From: Octopus sinensis
Lineage: Eukaryota
NCBI RefSeq assembly: GCF_006345805.1
Contig: NC_043017.1
Location: 6,696,001-6,760,000, forward strand
Length of the DNA stretch: 64,000 bases
Reading direction: 5' to 3'
The stretch's first letter is position 1. Every line of letters begins with the position of its first letter. This document shows, one piece after another, positions 52,450 through 64,000 of the stretch. The notes under the pieces were generated by a model. It did no database searches, was not told the DNA's origin, and was given only the letters and a program-made list of their open reading frames with translations. The position numbers and the translations under genes were made by a program.

Positions 52450-53760
52450 CCCAGGGTCACAGCAGGTCCTCATATCATGGAGAGTACACGGCGTAAAATC
52501 TGTGCGGAACCTAGCAACACTATTTTCTGAAGTTCTTCCATGTTAACACTGCAAGGGAGTTTGTTGAGCTGCTTATCAAGGCCCTTTTTTAATTAGCCCT
52601 AACGCTCCAATCACCATTGGTGCTGTGCTGCTTTTCATTCCCCCACATCCTGGTCACTTCTATTTCTAGGTCTTTGTACTTAAGTAACTTCTCAACTTAT
52701 TTAATGGACACATTTCTCTCTGATGGTACTGTCACATCGATCATTAAGCATTTCTTATTCTTCCCATCTTTGGTGATTATGTCCGGCCTGTTTGCCTTGA
52801 TTTCTTTATCAGTGTTGATTGGCATGTCCCATCATCATGTTACATCATCTTTTACCATCACAGTTTCAGGTTTATGCTGGTACCATCTTTCTGAAGCTGG
52901 AAGCTGGCAGCGTTTACATATCTTCCAATGGATATATTGCGCTAATCTATCGTGTCTATGAATATATTCGATTTTTGCAAGCACTGTGCATCCAGTTAAG
53001 ATGTGGTCCACTGTTTCATCCTGCTCATGACATCCAGCTCATGTCTTGTTTTTCTACGTCTGGTTTGTTCACTCTACATGGGTATCGGCCATGCATCGGT
53101 TTTTCTAGCCATTCTTCTTTGCTCATCTTCTGGGCTTGTTTTTATTATCTCTTCCTTAACTCTTTTAGCAAACTGGGTTACTTTCTCACTCACCTTCATC
53201 CTAGGCTCCTCTGTCATCAGTTGTTTCTTTAACTGTACAGATTCTTTGTATACTGAGTATAGCTTCTTTACTTTATCATGCTGGTGCACAAGCTTCATTA
53301 GAGGATCTTTTGACAGCTCAAGATATGTATTTAATCCTACAGTGGTGGTTTTGTAAGATAATTCTAATTGAGTTAGTCCTCTTTCTCCCATGCTTCTCAA
53401 TAAATAAATCTTGTTCACGTCCGCTTTTGGGTGGTTCATTCGAGCCATGGTTAGTAGTTTTCTGGTTTTGGAGACTAGCTTCTTTATTTCGCTCATTTGC
53501 CAGTTGATTATGTTGAAACTGTAAGCTACGATTGGCACTGCAAGAGTGTTAATGGCTTCTGTTTTGTTTGCAGCATTGAGTTCAGTCTTTGTTACTAACC
53601 GTATTCTCTTGTAGTACTCTTTTCTAATCTTCTCTTTCATTGCTGGATGTTTTATGCCATTACTTTCGTCTATACCAAGGTATTTATATGCTTCTTCCTG
53701 ATCCAGTGCTCGGATTTTTGCTTCTGTATCTACGTGGATATGCACAGAACAGCCCATTTT
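52450..53760 (-). mobile_element. 5'-truncated R4/Dong-like LINE (RT C-terminus plus RLE domain)
   Basis: ORF 53074-53757 EAYKYLGIDESNGIKH..MKEKIRKEYYKR...AINTLAVP...HPKADV..IYL.R..G.RGL; downstream DRTIKANRPDIIIKD...KYKDLEIE...GSAQILRRVLS; ends near a (TAA)n-type run. Confidence 0.9.
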
Positions 53761-53998
53761 GCTATCATTTCGAGACTGTATTGTCAGCCACTAAGGGATA
53801 TGCTCAACTGGTCAAGGTCAAACAACTGACAAGCAAATCTGTGGTATTGAGCAGAATATTTCCCATAGACCATCTTTTATACCAAGACAAAGCAATGTAC
53901 ATGGTAACACTTCAAATCAGTTAAGATGAGAATCCATGAAGCCACAGCCTGACATTGCATCAGGGCAATTATTATAATTATTATTGTTATTATTATTA

Positions 53999-54049
<51 letters not shown>

Positions 54050-54247
54050 AGTGAACTGGCAGAAACGTTAGCACGCTGGACGAAATGCTTAGTGGTGTTT
54101 CGTCTGTCACTATGTTCTGAGTTCAAATTCTGCCAAGGTTGACTTTACCTTTCGTCCTTTCGAGGCCGATCAGTTAAGTACCAGTGAAACACTGGGGTCA
54201 ACGAAATCGACTTACCCCTCCCATAAAATTGCTGCCCTTATGGAAAA

Positions 54248-54297
<50 letters not shown>

Positions 54298-54363
54298 CAT
54301 TATTATTATTATTAGCATCTAACCCTCTCTCTATCCCCTCTCTCTCTCTCTCTTTGTCTATAG

Positions 54364-54549
54364 CTCACTGGTGTTATTGTAATAAAACATTATCAGAACA
54401 CTGCAAACCTTGCAAACCAGCAGATTTTATCGGAGATCCAACTGACGCCACTAAATTTTACAAGTGTGGTGCCTCTGAATGCTTTCAGACCTTCTACTGC
54501 CAAAACCACACCATTTGGGACCAGAAGAACCACACATGTATTCATGCAG
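54364..54549 (+). CDS. Exon 4: 8-Cys CBM14/peritrophin-A-like domain 2 ((T)HWCYCNKTLSEHCKPCKPADFIGDPTDATKFYKCGASECFQTFYCQNHTIWDQKNHTCIHA)
   Basis: Paralog of exon 2 with the same splice sites; 186 nt, phase 1-1; the flanking introns are also duplicated. Confidence 0.9.
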
Positions 54550-55763
54550 GTAACATTTCCCTATACATTCGTTATTTATCCATTCGCATAGCCTCCACCC
54601 CCTTCCAAGAAACAGCTACCAAATCCACCTTTCCGTTCTGAAAATCCTGAAGGACACCTTGGTTGTTGAAACCCCGACAACAGAAATCCTGAAAAAATTA
54701 TGTGATTAAAACCGTTTTCTCGATCATTGGTTTGGTGGTTGTGTGGTTATGAATCCCTTTTTGCTACCATGGGATTTCAGGTTCAATCCCGTCGTGTGGC
54801 ACCATGTACAATTGTTTCTTACAAAATATAACAACGGGCCAACCAATGCCGCCTGAGTGGATTTGATGGAAACTGTGCAGAAGCACATCTTGTGTATGCG
54901 TGTGTGTGTATGTGTGTGTGCGTATGTGTGCGTGTGTGTGTGTGCGTCTGTATGCGCACATAAATGTGTGTGTGTGCAAGTGTGAGCATATATGCGTGTA
55001 TGTGTGTGAGTGCACATGCATATGTGTGCGCATGTATGTGTATGTGCATGAGAGACTGCATGTGTGCAAGTGTGCGTGTGTGTGTGCCCGCGTGTGCACG
55101 TGTACGTGTGTGTCTGCATATCTGCAAGTGTGTGCATGTATGTGTGTGTGATTGAGTGCATGTGTGTGTGTGCATGTGTGCACATGTATGCGTGAGAGAG
55201 TCATGTGTGTGCGTATGTATGTGTATGTATGCTCACACGTATGTGTGTGTGTGCTTGAATATGTGTGTGTGAATGCATATGTGTGTGAGAGTGCTTGTGT
55301 GTGTGCATGTGTGTGCGCATGTGTGAGACTTTATGTTTGTCTTCGTCCCCATCACCACTTGACAAATGGTGTTGGTTTAGTTGATACCCTCGTAACTTAG
55401 CGCTTCAGCAATAAAGACTAATAGAATTAGTACCAACTTTAAAAATTAAGCACTAGGGCCGAATTCTTCAATTAACACATAATGCGCGACGGCCGATGGT
55501 CGTGGCCGTCAGGCACAGGCCATGATCGTGGCCCAGATATTAGGTTATCAAGAAAGTTCTTGCGGTTTTTAACCTTTAAATTCAGATGCACATATCTCGG
55601 CTCAAACAAAATTTTATTAATCGAAATAAACACCATCAGAATCAACACACTTTTCCTAACGCGAAACAAGTTCATTTATGCCAGTAGCGTAAAAATCCTG
55701 CATTCTGGTGGTGATGAAGTCGTTGAAGGCGTGTTTGGCATCGTCTGGGTTTTTGAAGCATTT

Positions 55764-56027
55764 GTGTTGTGAGTTCAAATTCCGCCAAGGTCAACTTTGC
55801 CTTTCATCCTTTCAGGGTCGATAAATTAAGTACCAGTTACGCACTGGGGTCGATGAAATCGACTTAATCCGTTGTCTGTCCCCTCTGTGTTTAGCCCCTT
55901 GTAGGTAGTAAAGAAATATATATGTATGTACATATGTACATATTTTACATGAGCGAGTTTCTTGGGTGAAATGCTACGACCAGCAATCACATTTTATATT
56001 TATTGGTGTTTCTATATTTAATCACAA
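55764..56027 (+). mobile_element. 5'-truncated SINE-A plus ~110 bp of unique flank, inserted into the mariner with a 16-bp TSD
   Basis: GGTTTTTGAAGCATTT occurs at 55748-55763 and 56028-56043. The insert matches ~60375-60640. Confidence 0.85.
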
Positions 56028-56604
56028 GGTTTTTGAAGCATTTCTCGCGCAGGAAGTTGCCGAGATGCTTGAAAAAGTGGTAGTCGGTAGACGAGAGTTC
56101 TGGTGAGTATAGCGGATGAGGCAGAGTTTTGTAGCCCAATTCGTTCAACGTCTGGGGGGTCAGTTGTGCGACGTGCGAAGAATTGGTCCTTTTCTATTGA
56201 CCAATGCTGGCGGTTGTTGTCGGAGTTTCTTATGCATTTCATCTACTTGCTGACAGTACTTCTCTGCCATAATGGTTTCGCCTGGATCCCAAAAGCTGTG
56301 ATGGATGAGACCAGCGGCAGACCACTAAACAGTCACCATGAATTTCTTTTGGTGCAACTTTGGCTTCGAGAGTTCTGTGGAGCTTCGTCGGCGTCCAACC
56401 AATGAGCTGAGCGTCACCGGTTGTCGCAAAGAATCCACTTTTCATCGCAAGTCACAATCCAATCGAGAAACAGGTCGTTCTTGTTGCGTAAAAGAAGGGA
56501 AGACGACACTTCAAAACGGCGTTTTATCTTTTTCTTTTTTTTTTTTTGGTTGTCGTGGGGCAACCCATTTCTCAATCACTTTCAAGTGGTTGGAAATTGT
56601 CGTA

Positions 56605-57195
56605 TCCGCACCATAACCAGCCGCTGCCACCTCTACATGGGCTAAATCATCTCTCAGGACCTGATATCGAATTCCAGATAGGGGACATCAGGGAGAGAGA
56701 GGTGAATGATTTCGTAAGAAAAGCTAGAGCAAAGAGTGCCCCAGGAGGTGATGGCGTCTCATATAAAGTCTGAAACCTCCTCGAGGAATGTGAAGACGCA
56801 GGCTGGAAAGCGGAACATTTTCCTATCGAAGTCGGATGTAGAGGGTTTGTAGGACACAGCGTGAGACGACTGTTGTTATCGCTAGGCCTAACTCATCGTA
56901 AAGTCAATACCACCATGACTGATATCCAATCTACAGTGGAGAAGGCTAGCCACTGGATTTGGTTAAAAAGAGACGATGAGCGATGGCTAGAAGTATATTA
57001 AGTTCTTCATAACCAGCTGATCTAGCAAGCGGGGCCTCATATCAGTGAGGGGGGCCGGTGCGCATTGATGCCGTCGAGAGGTAGGCCCCGAAACGGCGCG
57101 CATTCTCTCCTGATGACCCCATACACTTGCTAGCTTCCGATATACGAAGCTTTTAACTTGTAGCACTTGCATGTGCAAGTTGTTTGCAAGACATC
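56605..57195 (+). mobile_element. Internally deleted HERO/NeSL-like RLE non-LTR retrotransposon fragment nested in the mariner
   Basis: VRKARAKSAPGGDGVSYKV joined to LLEECEDAGWKAEHFPIEVGCRGFVGHSVRRLL...KASHWIWLKRDD and a 3' UTR. Confidence 0.75.
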
Positions 57196-57983
57196 TACGT
57201 CTAATTCAGAAGCATGCTCTCGAACAGTTGTGCGTGGATTGGCTTCGACTAAGGCTCTTAGTTGATCGTTGTCAACATCCTTTGGCCGACCACTACGCGT
57301 ATCATCTTCGAGACTCTCGTCATCGCTACGAAATTTCTTGAACCACCATTGTGCTATACGTTCATTAGTGATTCCTGGGCCAAACGCATCGTTGATATCG
57401 CGAGCTGTTTCAGCTTGAAATGGAATAAGAAAATTGTGCGAATTTGCTTTTTGTCCATGTTGTATCCAACGTTCCGGAAAAAATGGCGTAATTATTCAGA
57501 AAAAAAAAGTGTAACACGGTTAGATAGAGCGAAAAACGGGCTTTAAAATGATATATAAAGTCAAAGTAATTTAAAGAAAATTAATTTGAAAATACATCAT
57601 TTAAAACCAAACTTTAAAATTCCGCAAGAACTTTCTTGACAACCTAATAGATGCATTTAATTTATGGGCATTTGTGGGGGTCTAACATCACTCAAATGCT
57701 CTGATACCCCACAGAATGCAAGAGGACTAAAAGTTCAACTAATGACTTTTCAGATGATGTAAAACTTGCCACCATTATATACTAAGAACATATTTTAACT
57801 ATTTGTTTGTTTTTTATGTGTGCATGGTTGTCTCATCTTCATAAAATGTCCTCAGCAGCCCATGCTATGTAAGTGCATATCCCAGCGCTTACCAGCCCTG
57901 GTCAAACCGTCAAACCCATGTCGGCATGGACAACGGACGTTAAATGATGATGGTGATGACGATAATCAGAAATATATAAATAC

Positions 57984-58032
<49 letters not shown>

Positions 58033-58059
58033 GGTGTGTGTGTATGTGTGTGTGTGCGG

Positions 58060-58109
<50 letters not shown>

Positions 58110-58316
58110 TCTTACTCTTTTACTTGTTTCAGTCATGTGACTGTGGAGCACCGCCTTTAGTCGAGCAAATCGACCCAGGACTTATTCTTTATAGACCTAG
58201 TACTTATTCTATAGGTCTCTTTTGCCGAACCGTTAAGTGTGAGTGTGTGTGTGTATGTATATATGTGTGTGTATATATATGTATGTATGTATATATAAAT
58301 ATATATATATTTATAT

Positions 58317-58370
<54 letters not shown>

Positions 58371-58371
58371 G

Positions 58372-58454
<83 letters not shown>

Positions 58455-58600
58455 TTATATATATATTTAAATATATATATATAAACAAAAATACACACAC
58501 ACACACACACACACACATACACATATATATATAATGTAACCGCGTGTGAATCGTTGGTGATTTCCGTCTTCCTTTTCTATTGGACTTTCCTCTGTCTCCT

Positions 58601-58635
58601 GTTTCTGAAGAAGAGCTCAGCTCGAAACGTTAAAC
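58601..58635 (+). ncRNA. Minimal type I hammerhead ribozyme motif (Penelope-type), copy 1
   Basis: GTTT-CTGAAGA-A-GAGC(TCA)GCTC-GAAA-C-GT-T-AAAC: helix I GUUU/AAAC, helix II GAGC/GCUC, palindromic ACGU helix III, GUU cleavage triplet. Confidence 0.6.
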
Positions 58636-58733
58636 CATCTTTCTTTCCTTTCCTGAGCGTTTTCTAATACTTTACATGTACCACGTCCTCGCGATGTTGT
58701 CTTTTTTGTGTGTGCTTGCTCTTCGAATTTGGG

Positions 58734-58812
<79 letters not shown>

Positions 58813-59695
58813 CAATCAAATCAGATAAATCCAATTAAAAAAATGAGAAAAAATATGATTATTTAGTGGATACTGAGTTTTGTATTAATAAATCACCTTT
58901 GATTTTTTTTTAATTAAAATTCCTGCGACTCAGATTAACTCTGGATAACCCCACCCCACCGTATACTTCATGAATTTAGAGGGTTTATATTTGCAATACT
59001 ATCCCTTTATTTCTCCACCATAGATGGGAATATTTGCTATCTTACTATAATTGGACGTTATGTCCATCTGTCTTTGTCGGTTCCCTCTTTACGGCCAATG
59101 TACATATTGGCGGCGAGTTGGCAGAAACGTTAGCATGCCGGGCGAAATGTGTAGCCATATTTTGTCTGCCGTTACGTTGAGTTCAAATTCCGCCAAGGTC
59201 AACTTTGCCTTTCATCCTTTCAGGGTCGATAAATTAAGTACCAGTTACGCACTGGGGTCGATGAAATCGACTTAATTCGTTGTCTGTCCCCTCTGTGTTT
59301 AGCCCCTTGTAGGTAGTAAAGAAATATATATGTATGTACATAAGTACATATTTTACATTAGCGAGTTTCTTGGGTGAAATGCTACGACCAGCAATCACAT
59401 TTTTTATTTATTGGTGTTTCTATATTTAATCAGAACAAGGCTGTTATTTGATGTTAGTGGCAGTGTATGGGACATAGATGTGACGTGCGTATTGTTAGTG
59501 TGTCTCCAATTATTTGATCAAAATACTTATACAAAACGACAGACACACATGAATGTATAACGGCATTTAGTTCATTATATGCTTACGAACTCCACATAAC
59601 CGTGTGTGCAGGCACATACACATGTGTGAATATGTATATATACATGTATACATTTGTATATACATATATATATTGTTTTTGATTTATTACTGCAG

Positions 59696-59797
59696 ATCTT
59701 ACGACCTTCATGCCAACGTTGTCATCCTACAGTCCAGACTTTAACAGATCAACGCCACATGTTACTAAGACCCCATTACATAGCACGACTAGCAAAG
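59696..59797 (+). CDS. Duplicated partial last exon ((D)LTTFMPTLSSYSPDFNRSTPHVTKTPLHSTTSK); optional cassette exon, or alternative terminal exon reading to a stop at 59848-59850
   Basis: Intact acceptor ttattactgcag; possible weak donor AAAG|gtacat gives a 102-nt symmetric exon; read-through gives GTSSSSFSIGLSSVSCF*. Confidence 0.5.
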
Positions 59798-59842
59798 GTA
59801 CATCATCTTCTTCCTTTTCTATTGGACTTTCCTCTGTCTCCT

Positions 59843-59877
59843 GTTTCTGAAGAAGAGCTCAGCTCGAAACGTTAAAC
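59843..59877 (+). ncRNA. Minimal type I hammerhead ribozyme motif, copy 2
   Basis: Identical to 58601-58635 and 1242 nt downstream of it. Confidence 0.6.
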
Positions 59878-59975
59878 CATCTTTCTTTCCTTTCCTGAGC
59901 GTTTTCTAATACTTTACATGTACCACGTCCTCGCGATGTTGTCTTTTTTGTGTGTGCTTGCTCTTCGAATTTGGG

Positions 59976-60015
<40 letters not shown>

Positions 60016-60899
60016 CAATCAAATCAGATAAATCCAATTAAAAAAATGAGAAAAAATATGATTATTTAGTGGATACTGAGTTTTGTATTAATAAATCACC
60101 TTTGATTTTTTTTAATTAAAATTCCTGCGACTCAGATTAACTCTGGATAACCCCACCCCACCGTATACTTCATGAATTTAGAGGGTTTATATTTGCAATA
60201 CTATCCCTTTATTTCCCCACCATAGATGGGAATATTTGCTATCTTACTATAATTGGACGTTATGTCCATCTGTCTTTGTCGGTTCCCTCTTTACGGCCAA
60301 TGTACATATTGGCGGCGAGCTGGCAGAAACGTTAGCATGCCGGGCGAAATGTGTAGCCATATTTTGTCTGCCGTTACGTTGTGAGTTCAAATTCCGCCAA
60401 GGTCAACTTTGCCTTTCATCCTTTCAGGGTCGATAAATTAAGTACCAGTTACGCACTGGGGTCGATGAAATCGACTTAATCCGTTGTCTGTCCCCTCTGT
60501 GTTTAGCCCCTTGTAGGTAGTAAAGAAATATATATGTATGTACATATGTACATATTTTACATTAGCGAGTTTCTTGGGTGAAATGCTACGACCAGCAATC
60601 ACATTTTTTATTTATTGGTGTTTCTATATTTAATCAGAACAAGGCTGTTATTTGATGTTAGTGGCAGTGTATGGGACATAGATGTGACGTGCGTATTGTT
60701 AGTGTGTCTCCAATTAGTTGATCAAAATACTTATACAAAACGACAGACACACATGAATGTATAACGACATTTAGTTCATTATATGCTTACGAACTCCACA
60801 TAACCGTGCGTGCAGGCACATACACATGTGTGAATATATATATATACATGTATACATTTGTATATACATATATATATTGTTTTTAATTTATTACTGCAG

Positions 60900-61078
60900 A
60901 TCTTCCGACCTTCATGCCAACGTTGTCATCCTACAGTCCAGACTTTAACAGATCAACGCCACATGTTACTAAGACGCCATTACATAGCACGACTAGCAAA
61001 GGTACATCATATAACAATGGAACAGCCCAAAGACTGCTTATATCAATATATGCCTTGATTCTTCTGGCCCTTTTGTAA
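60900..61078 (+). CDS. Terminal exon: Ser/Thr/Pro linker plus GPI-anchor-type signal ((D)LPTFMPTLSSYSPDFNRSTPHVTKTPLHSTTSKGTSYNNGTAQRLLISIYALILLALL*)
   Basis: Acceptor ttattactgcag, phase 1; small residues (N-G-T-A), a short spacer and a terminal hydrophobic run precede TAA. The joined CDS is 109+183+234+186+179 = 891 nt, in frame. Confidence 0.85.
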
Positions 61079-61100
61079 ACTCCTGTCCCTAAAAAAAATT

Positions 61101-61106
61101 AATAAA
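61101..61106 (+). terminator. Candidate polyadenylation signal of the chitin-binding gene
   Basis: AATAAA 22 nt after the stop codon. Confidence 0.5.
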
Positions 61107-61797
61107 AAGGTAACACCACAAAAACACCGAAGTTTGTTCAATAATTTATTTTAATTCAAAGTCCTTTATAATAACAACTTTTCAAATTTAAGATATTTAA
61201 AAAAAATAGTGATTTCCAAGCTTTCATCATTATTATTATTATAAGGTGCAACAGCAGTGCATGCCATCAAAGTGATACTAGGGTACAAATAACGAAGCCC
61301 AATATACCCATCAGGACTACCCATCTGATAACGGTACACCAGGCACATGCATCACTACCGTACGTACGCGATATGGTGATCTCATATCAAGATAAACAGC
61401 GCATGACCTTGTAGGGGGCGGTCAGAATTTTCTTCAGGCTGAGTAGCCCATCTCGCTAAAAAGGTCCTTGAACAAGATTCGTTTAAGGATGTTGAACAAA
61501 ACACCCATGTTTCCAGAGGTGACTTATTCAAACCCCTAAGATTTCCTCTCAACACATGGCTATGATGCACCACCAATACTTCTGCTCGTGATAAGAGATG
61601 CACATATCATCAGCCACTAATGGACATGCTCAACTGGTTAAGGTCAAATAACTGGCAATGAAATATGTGGTATTGAGCAGAATATTTGCTGTAGCCCATC
61701 TTTTTATACCAATACAAAACAATGTACACGATAACACTTGCAATCAGTTAAGATCAGAAGCCATAAGAGCCAGTGCCTGGTTCTACATCAGAGAATT

Positions 61798-61832
<35 letters not shown>

Positions 61833-61934
61833 TTCTATTTTACTTCCCTGCACTCTCGATTGTACTTAGGGTAATCTATAAGAGCGTACAGCAACCTGTT
61901 GTCAAAGGTCCCACGGGATCTCTTCCTTCTCCCT

Positions 61935-61978
<44 letters not shown>

Positions 61979-61997
61979 CAACAACAACAACGACAAC

Positions 61998-62050
<53 letters not shown>

Positions 62051-62873
62051 TAATAATAATAAGATACAAGGGGTATAACTTCGAAATTCGAAAAGAAAGA
62101 AAAAAAGAATAATGGAACATGAGTAAATCTGTGCTTTAGCATAAAACAGGGACATGTTTCGGTTTTATTATCCTTCATCAGTGAAACACCCGTATCAATA
62201 CCTGTCAGATCCGATAAAATTGATTGGTATATATTGATTTTGTGTGAATGACTACTAATGACGATAATAACTGGACGGAAGGGCATTAACTTTGCATTAG
62301 CCTGAATCGGTTTATTTCTCCTGCAGAAGGCGTCCCTGCAAATCGTTCTTTTACTTAGCTAATGCTAAATTAGTAGGATTATATCAATATATATTTATAA
62401 GGCGGCGAGCTGGCAGAATCGTTAGCACACCGGGCGAAATGCGTAACCGTATTTCGTCTGCCGTTACGTTCTGGGTTCAAATTCCGCCGAGGTCGACTTT
62501 GCCTTTCATCCTTTCGGAGTCGATTAAATAAGTACCAGTTACGCACTGGGGTCGATGTAATCGACTTAATCCGTGTGAGTCCGTCCTTGTTTGTCCCCTC
62601 TGTATTTAGCCCCTTGTGGGTAGTAAAGAAATAGGTATATATTTAGAGCAAAATACGAATAAATATGGGAAGAAAGAGAAAGACTAATAGATGAATAGGT
62701 GCAGGCATGGCTGTGTGGTTAAGAAGCTTGTTTCCCAACTACGAGGTCTTAGGTTCAGTCCCGCTGCATGGCACCTTGAGCAAGTATATTTTACAATGGC
62801 CCCGGACCAATCACTGCCTTGTCAGTGGATTCAGTAGATGGAAAATGGAAGAAGCCTCATCATATTATATGTA

Positions 62874-62904
<31 letters not shown>

Positions 62905-63363
62905 GTGTGTGTGCGTATGTATTTCTGCTTATGTTTGTCCCTCACCACTACTTTGACAACTGGTGATGGTTTGTTTACATCTTTGTAGCTTCACGATTCT
63001 AGGGCCGATTCATTCGACTAAACCCTTGAAGGCGGTGTTCCAGAATGGCCGCAATCCAATAACTGATCACATGGCTCGATTTGTTCGACTAAAGACGGTG
63101 CTCCAGCAGGCCGTAGTCAAATGATTGAAACAAATAAAAAAAGAATAAAAAATGAATATATATATACGAGGGGATACTCAAATCAGTAAAAGAATAAAAG
63201 AATATATATATGACTGTGGTAAGTAGCTTCCTAACCAACCACATGGTTCCGGGTTCAGTCCCACTGCGTGGCATCTTGGGCAAGTGTCTTCTGCTATAGC
63301 CCCGGGCCGACCAATGCCTTGTGAGTGGATTTGGTAGACGGAAACTGAAAGAAGCCTGTCGTA

Positions 63364-63416
<53 letters not shown>

Positions 63417-63769
63417 GTTTGTTCTCCTAGCATTGCTTGACAACCGCTGCTGGTGTGTTTACGTCCCCGTCACTTAGCGGTTCGGCAAAAGAGACCGATA
63501 GAATAAGTACTGGGCTTACAAAGAATAAGTCCCAGGGTCGATTTGCTCGACTAAAGGCGGTGCTACAGCATGGCCGCAGTCAAATGACTAAAACAAGTAA
63601 AAGAGTATATAGGCGACGGAGTGGATGTGTGGTAAGTAGCTTGCTTACGAACCACATGGTTCCGGGTTCAGTCCCACTGCGTGGCCCCTTGGGCAAGTGT
63701 CTTCTACTATCGCCTCGGGCCGACCAAAGCCTTGTGAGTGGATTTGGTAGAGGGAAACTGTTTGCTTCC

Positions 63770-64000
63770 AGTGGCAACAGAAACTGCCTCTGAACATTGG
63801 CTACTAAATATCACTGTTATGCAGGGATACTGTTTCCCTTATTATTTTCTCAGGAAGTTCACCTTTTGACAAAATTTTCAAGAGTACCTCATGATTCACT
63901 GTATCGAAGGCCTTGGTCAGGTCAACAAAGACCATGTCCAAGTCAGTATTTTGTTCACGTGCTTTCTCTTGAACATGTCGGAGGGTAAAAATCATGTCAA
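63770..64000 (-). mobile_element. RTE-clade LINE reverse transcriptase fragment (runs off the window)
   Basis: MIFTLRHVQEKAREQNTDLDMVFVDLTKAFDTVNHEVLLKIL, typical RT motifs of RTE elements. Confidence 0.85.

Larger units (their letters stand above)
55540..57647 (-). mobile_element. Decayed mariner (DD34D) transposon with two nested insertions
   Basis: TIRs TTAGGTT.TCAAGAAAGTTCTTGCGG with TA on both sides. Minus-strand remnants: MDKKQIRTIFLF, WFKKFRS.DESLEDDTRSGRP, DEKWI, YSPELSPTDYHFF and FYATGINELVSR*EKCVDSDGVYFD. Confidence 0.93.
58567..61010. repeat. Recent direct tandem duplication (58567-59806 / 59809-61010) containing a Penelope end, a SINE-A and the 5' part of the last exon
   Basis: Two ~1.2-kb units are near-identical, differing by a few SNPs and TA-run length. 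The junction falls inside the last exon after AAAGGTACATCAT. Confidence 0.92.

Noticed and set aside
57055-57125. GAAAC followed by CTGATGA in the HERO-like 3' UTR (type II hammerhead order)
   Set aside because: The bases that should form helix II (CCCC before GAAA and CCCC after CTGATGA) are not complementary.

Overview
AT-rich, microsatellite-dense eukaryotic DNA. The repeat families look like those of Octopus (inference from recognition, not a search). Two protein-coding genes can be reconstructed by hand, both on the + strand. (1) The last three coding exons of a tubby-family gene lie at 2032-8020. (2) A complete, unnamed five-exon gene lies at 42975-61078, about 296 aa: signal peptide, 8-Cys chitin-binding (CBM14/peritrophin-A-like) domain, Ser/Thr mucin linker, second 8-Cys domain, second linker, and a GPI-anchor-type tail. 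The two Cys-rich exons come from a recent duplication and differ almost only at nonsynonymous sites. A younger ~1.24-kb tandem duplication copied the 5' part of the last exon together with a Penelope-derived minimal hammerhead ribozyme motif. The proximal exon copy therefore reads into a stop codon that is the UGA of the hammerhead core, predicting a GPI-less isoform and a pair of in-cis hammerheads. The rest is transposon debris: tRNA-derived SINEs, Tc1 and mariner elements with nested insertions, hAT MITEs, Helentron-like elements, R4/Dong, HERO-like, CR1-group, RTE and Penelope fragments, a solo LTR, and mini/microsatellites. Most ORFs in the supplied track are microsatellite artefacts. Repeat boundaries are approximate; exon coordinates were counted from the sequence.
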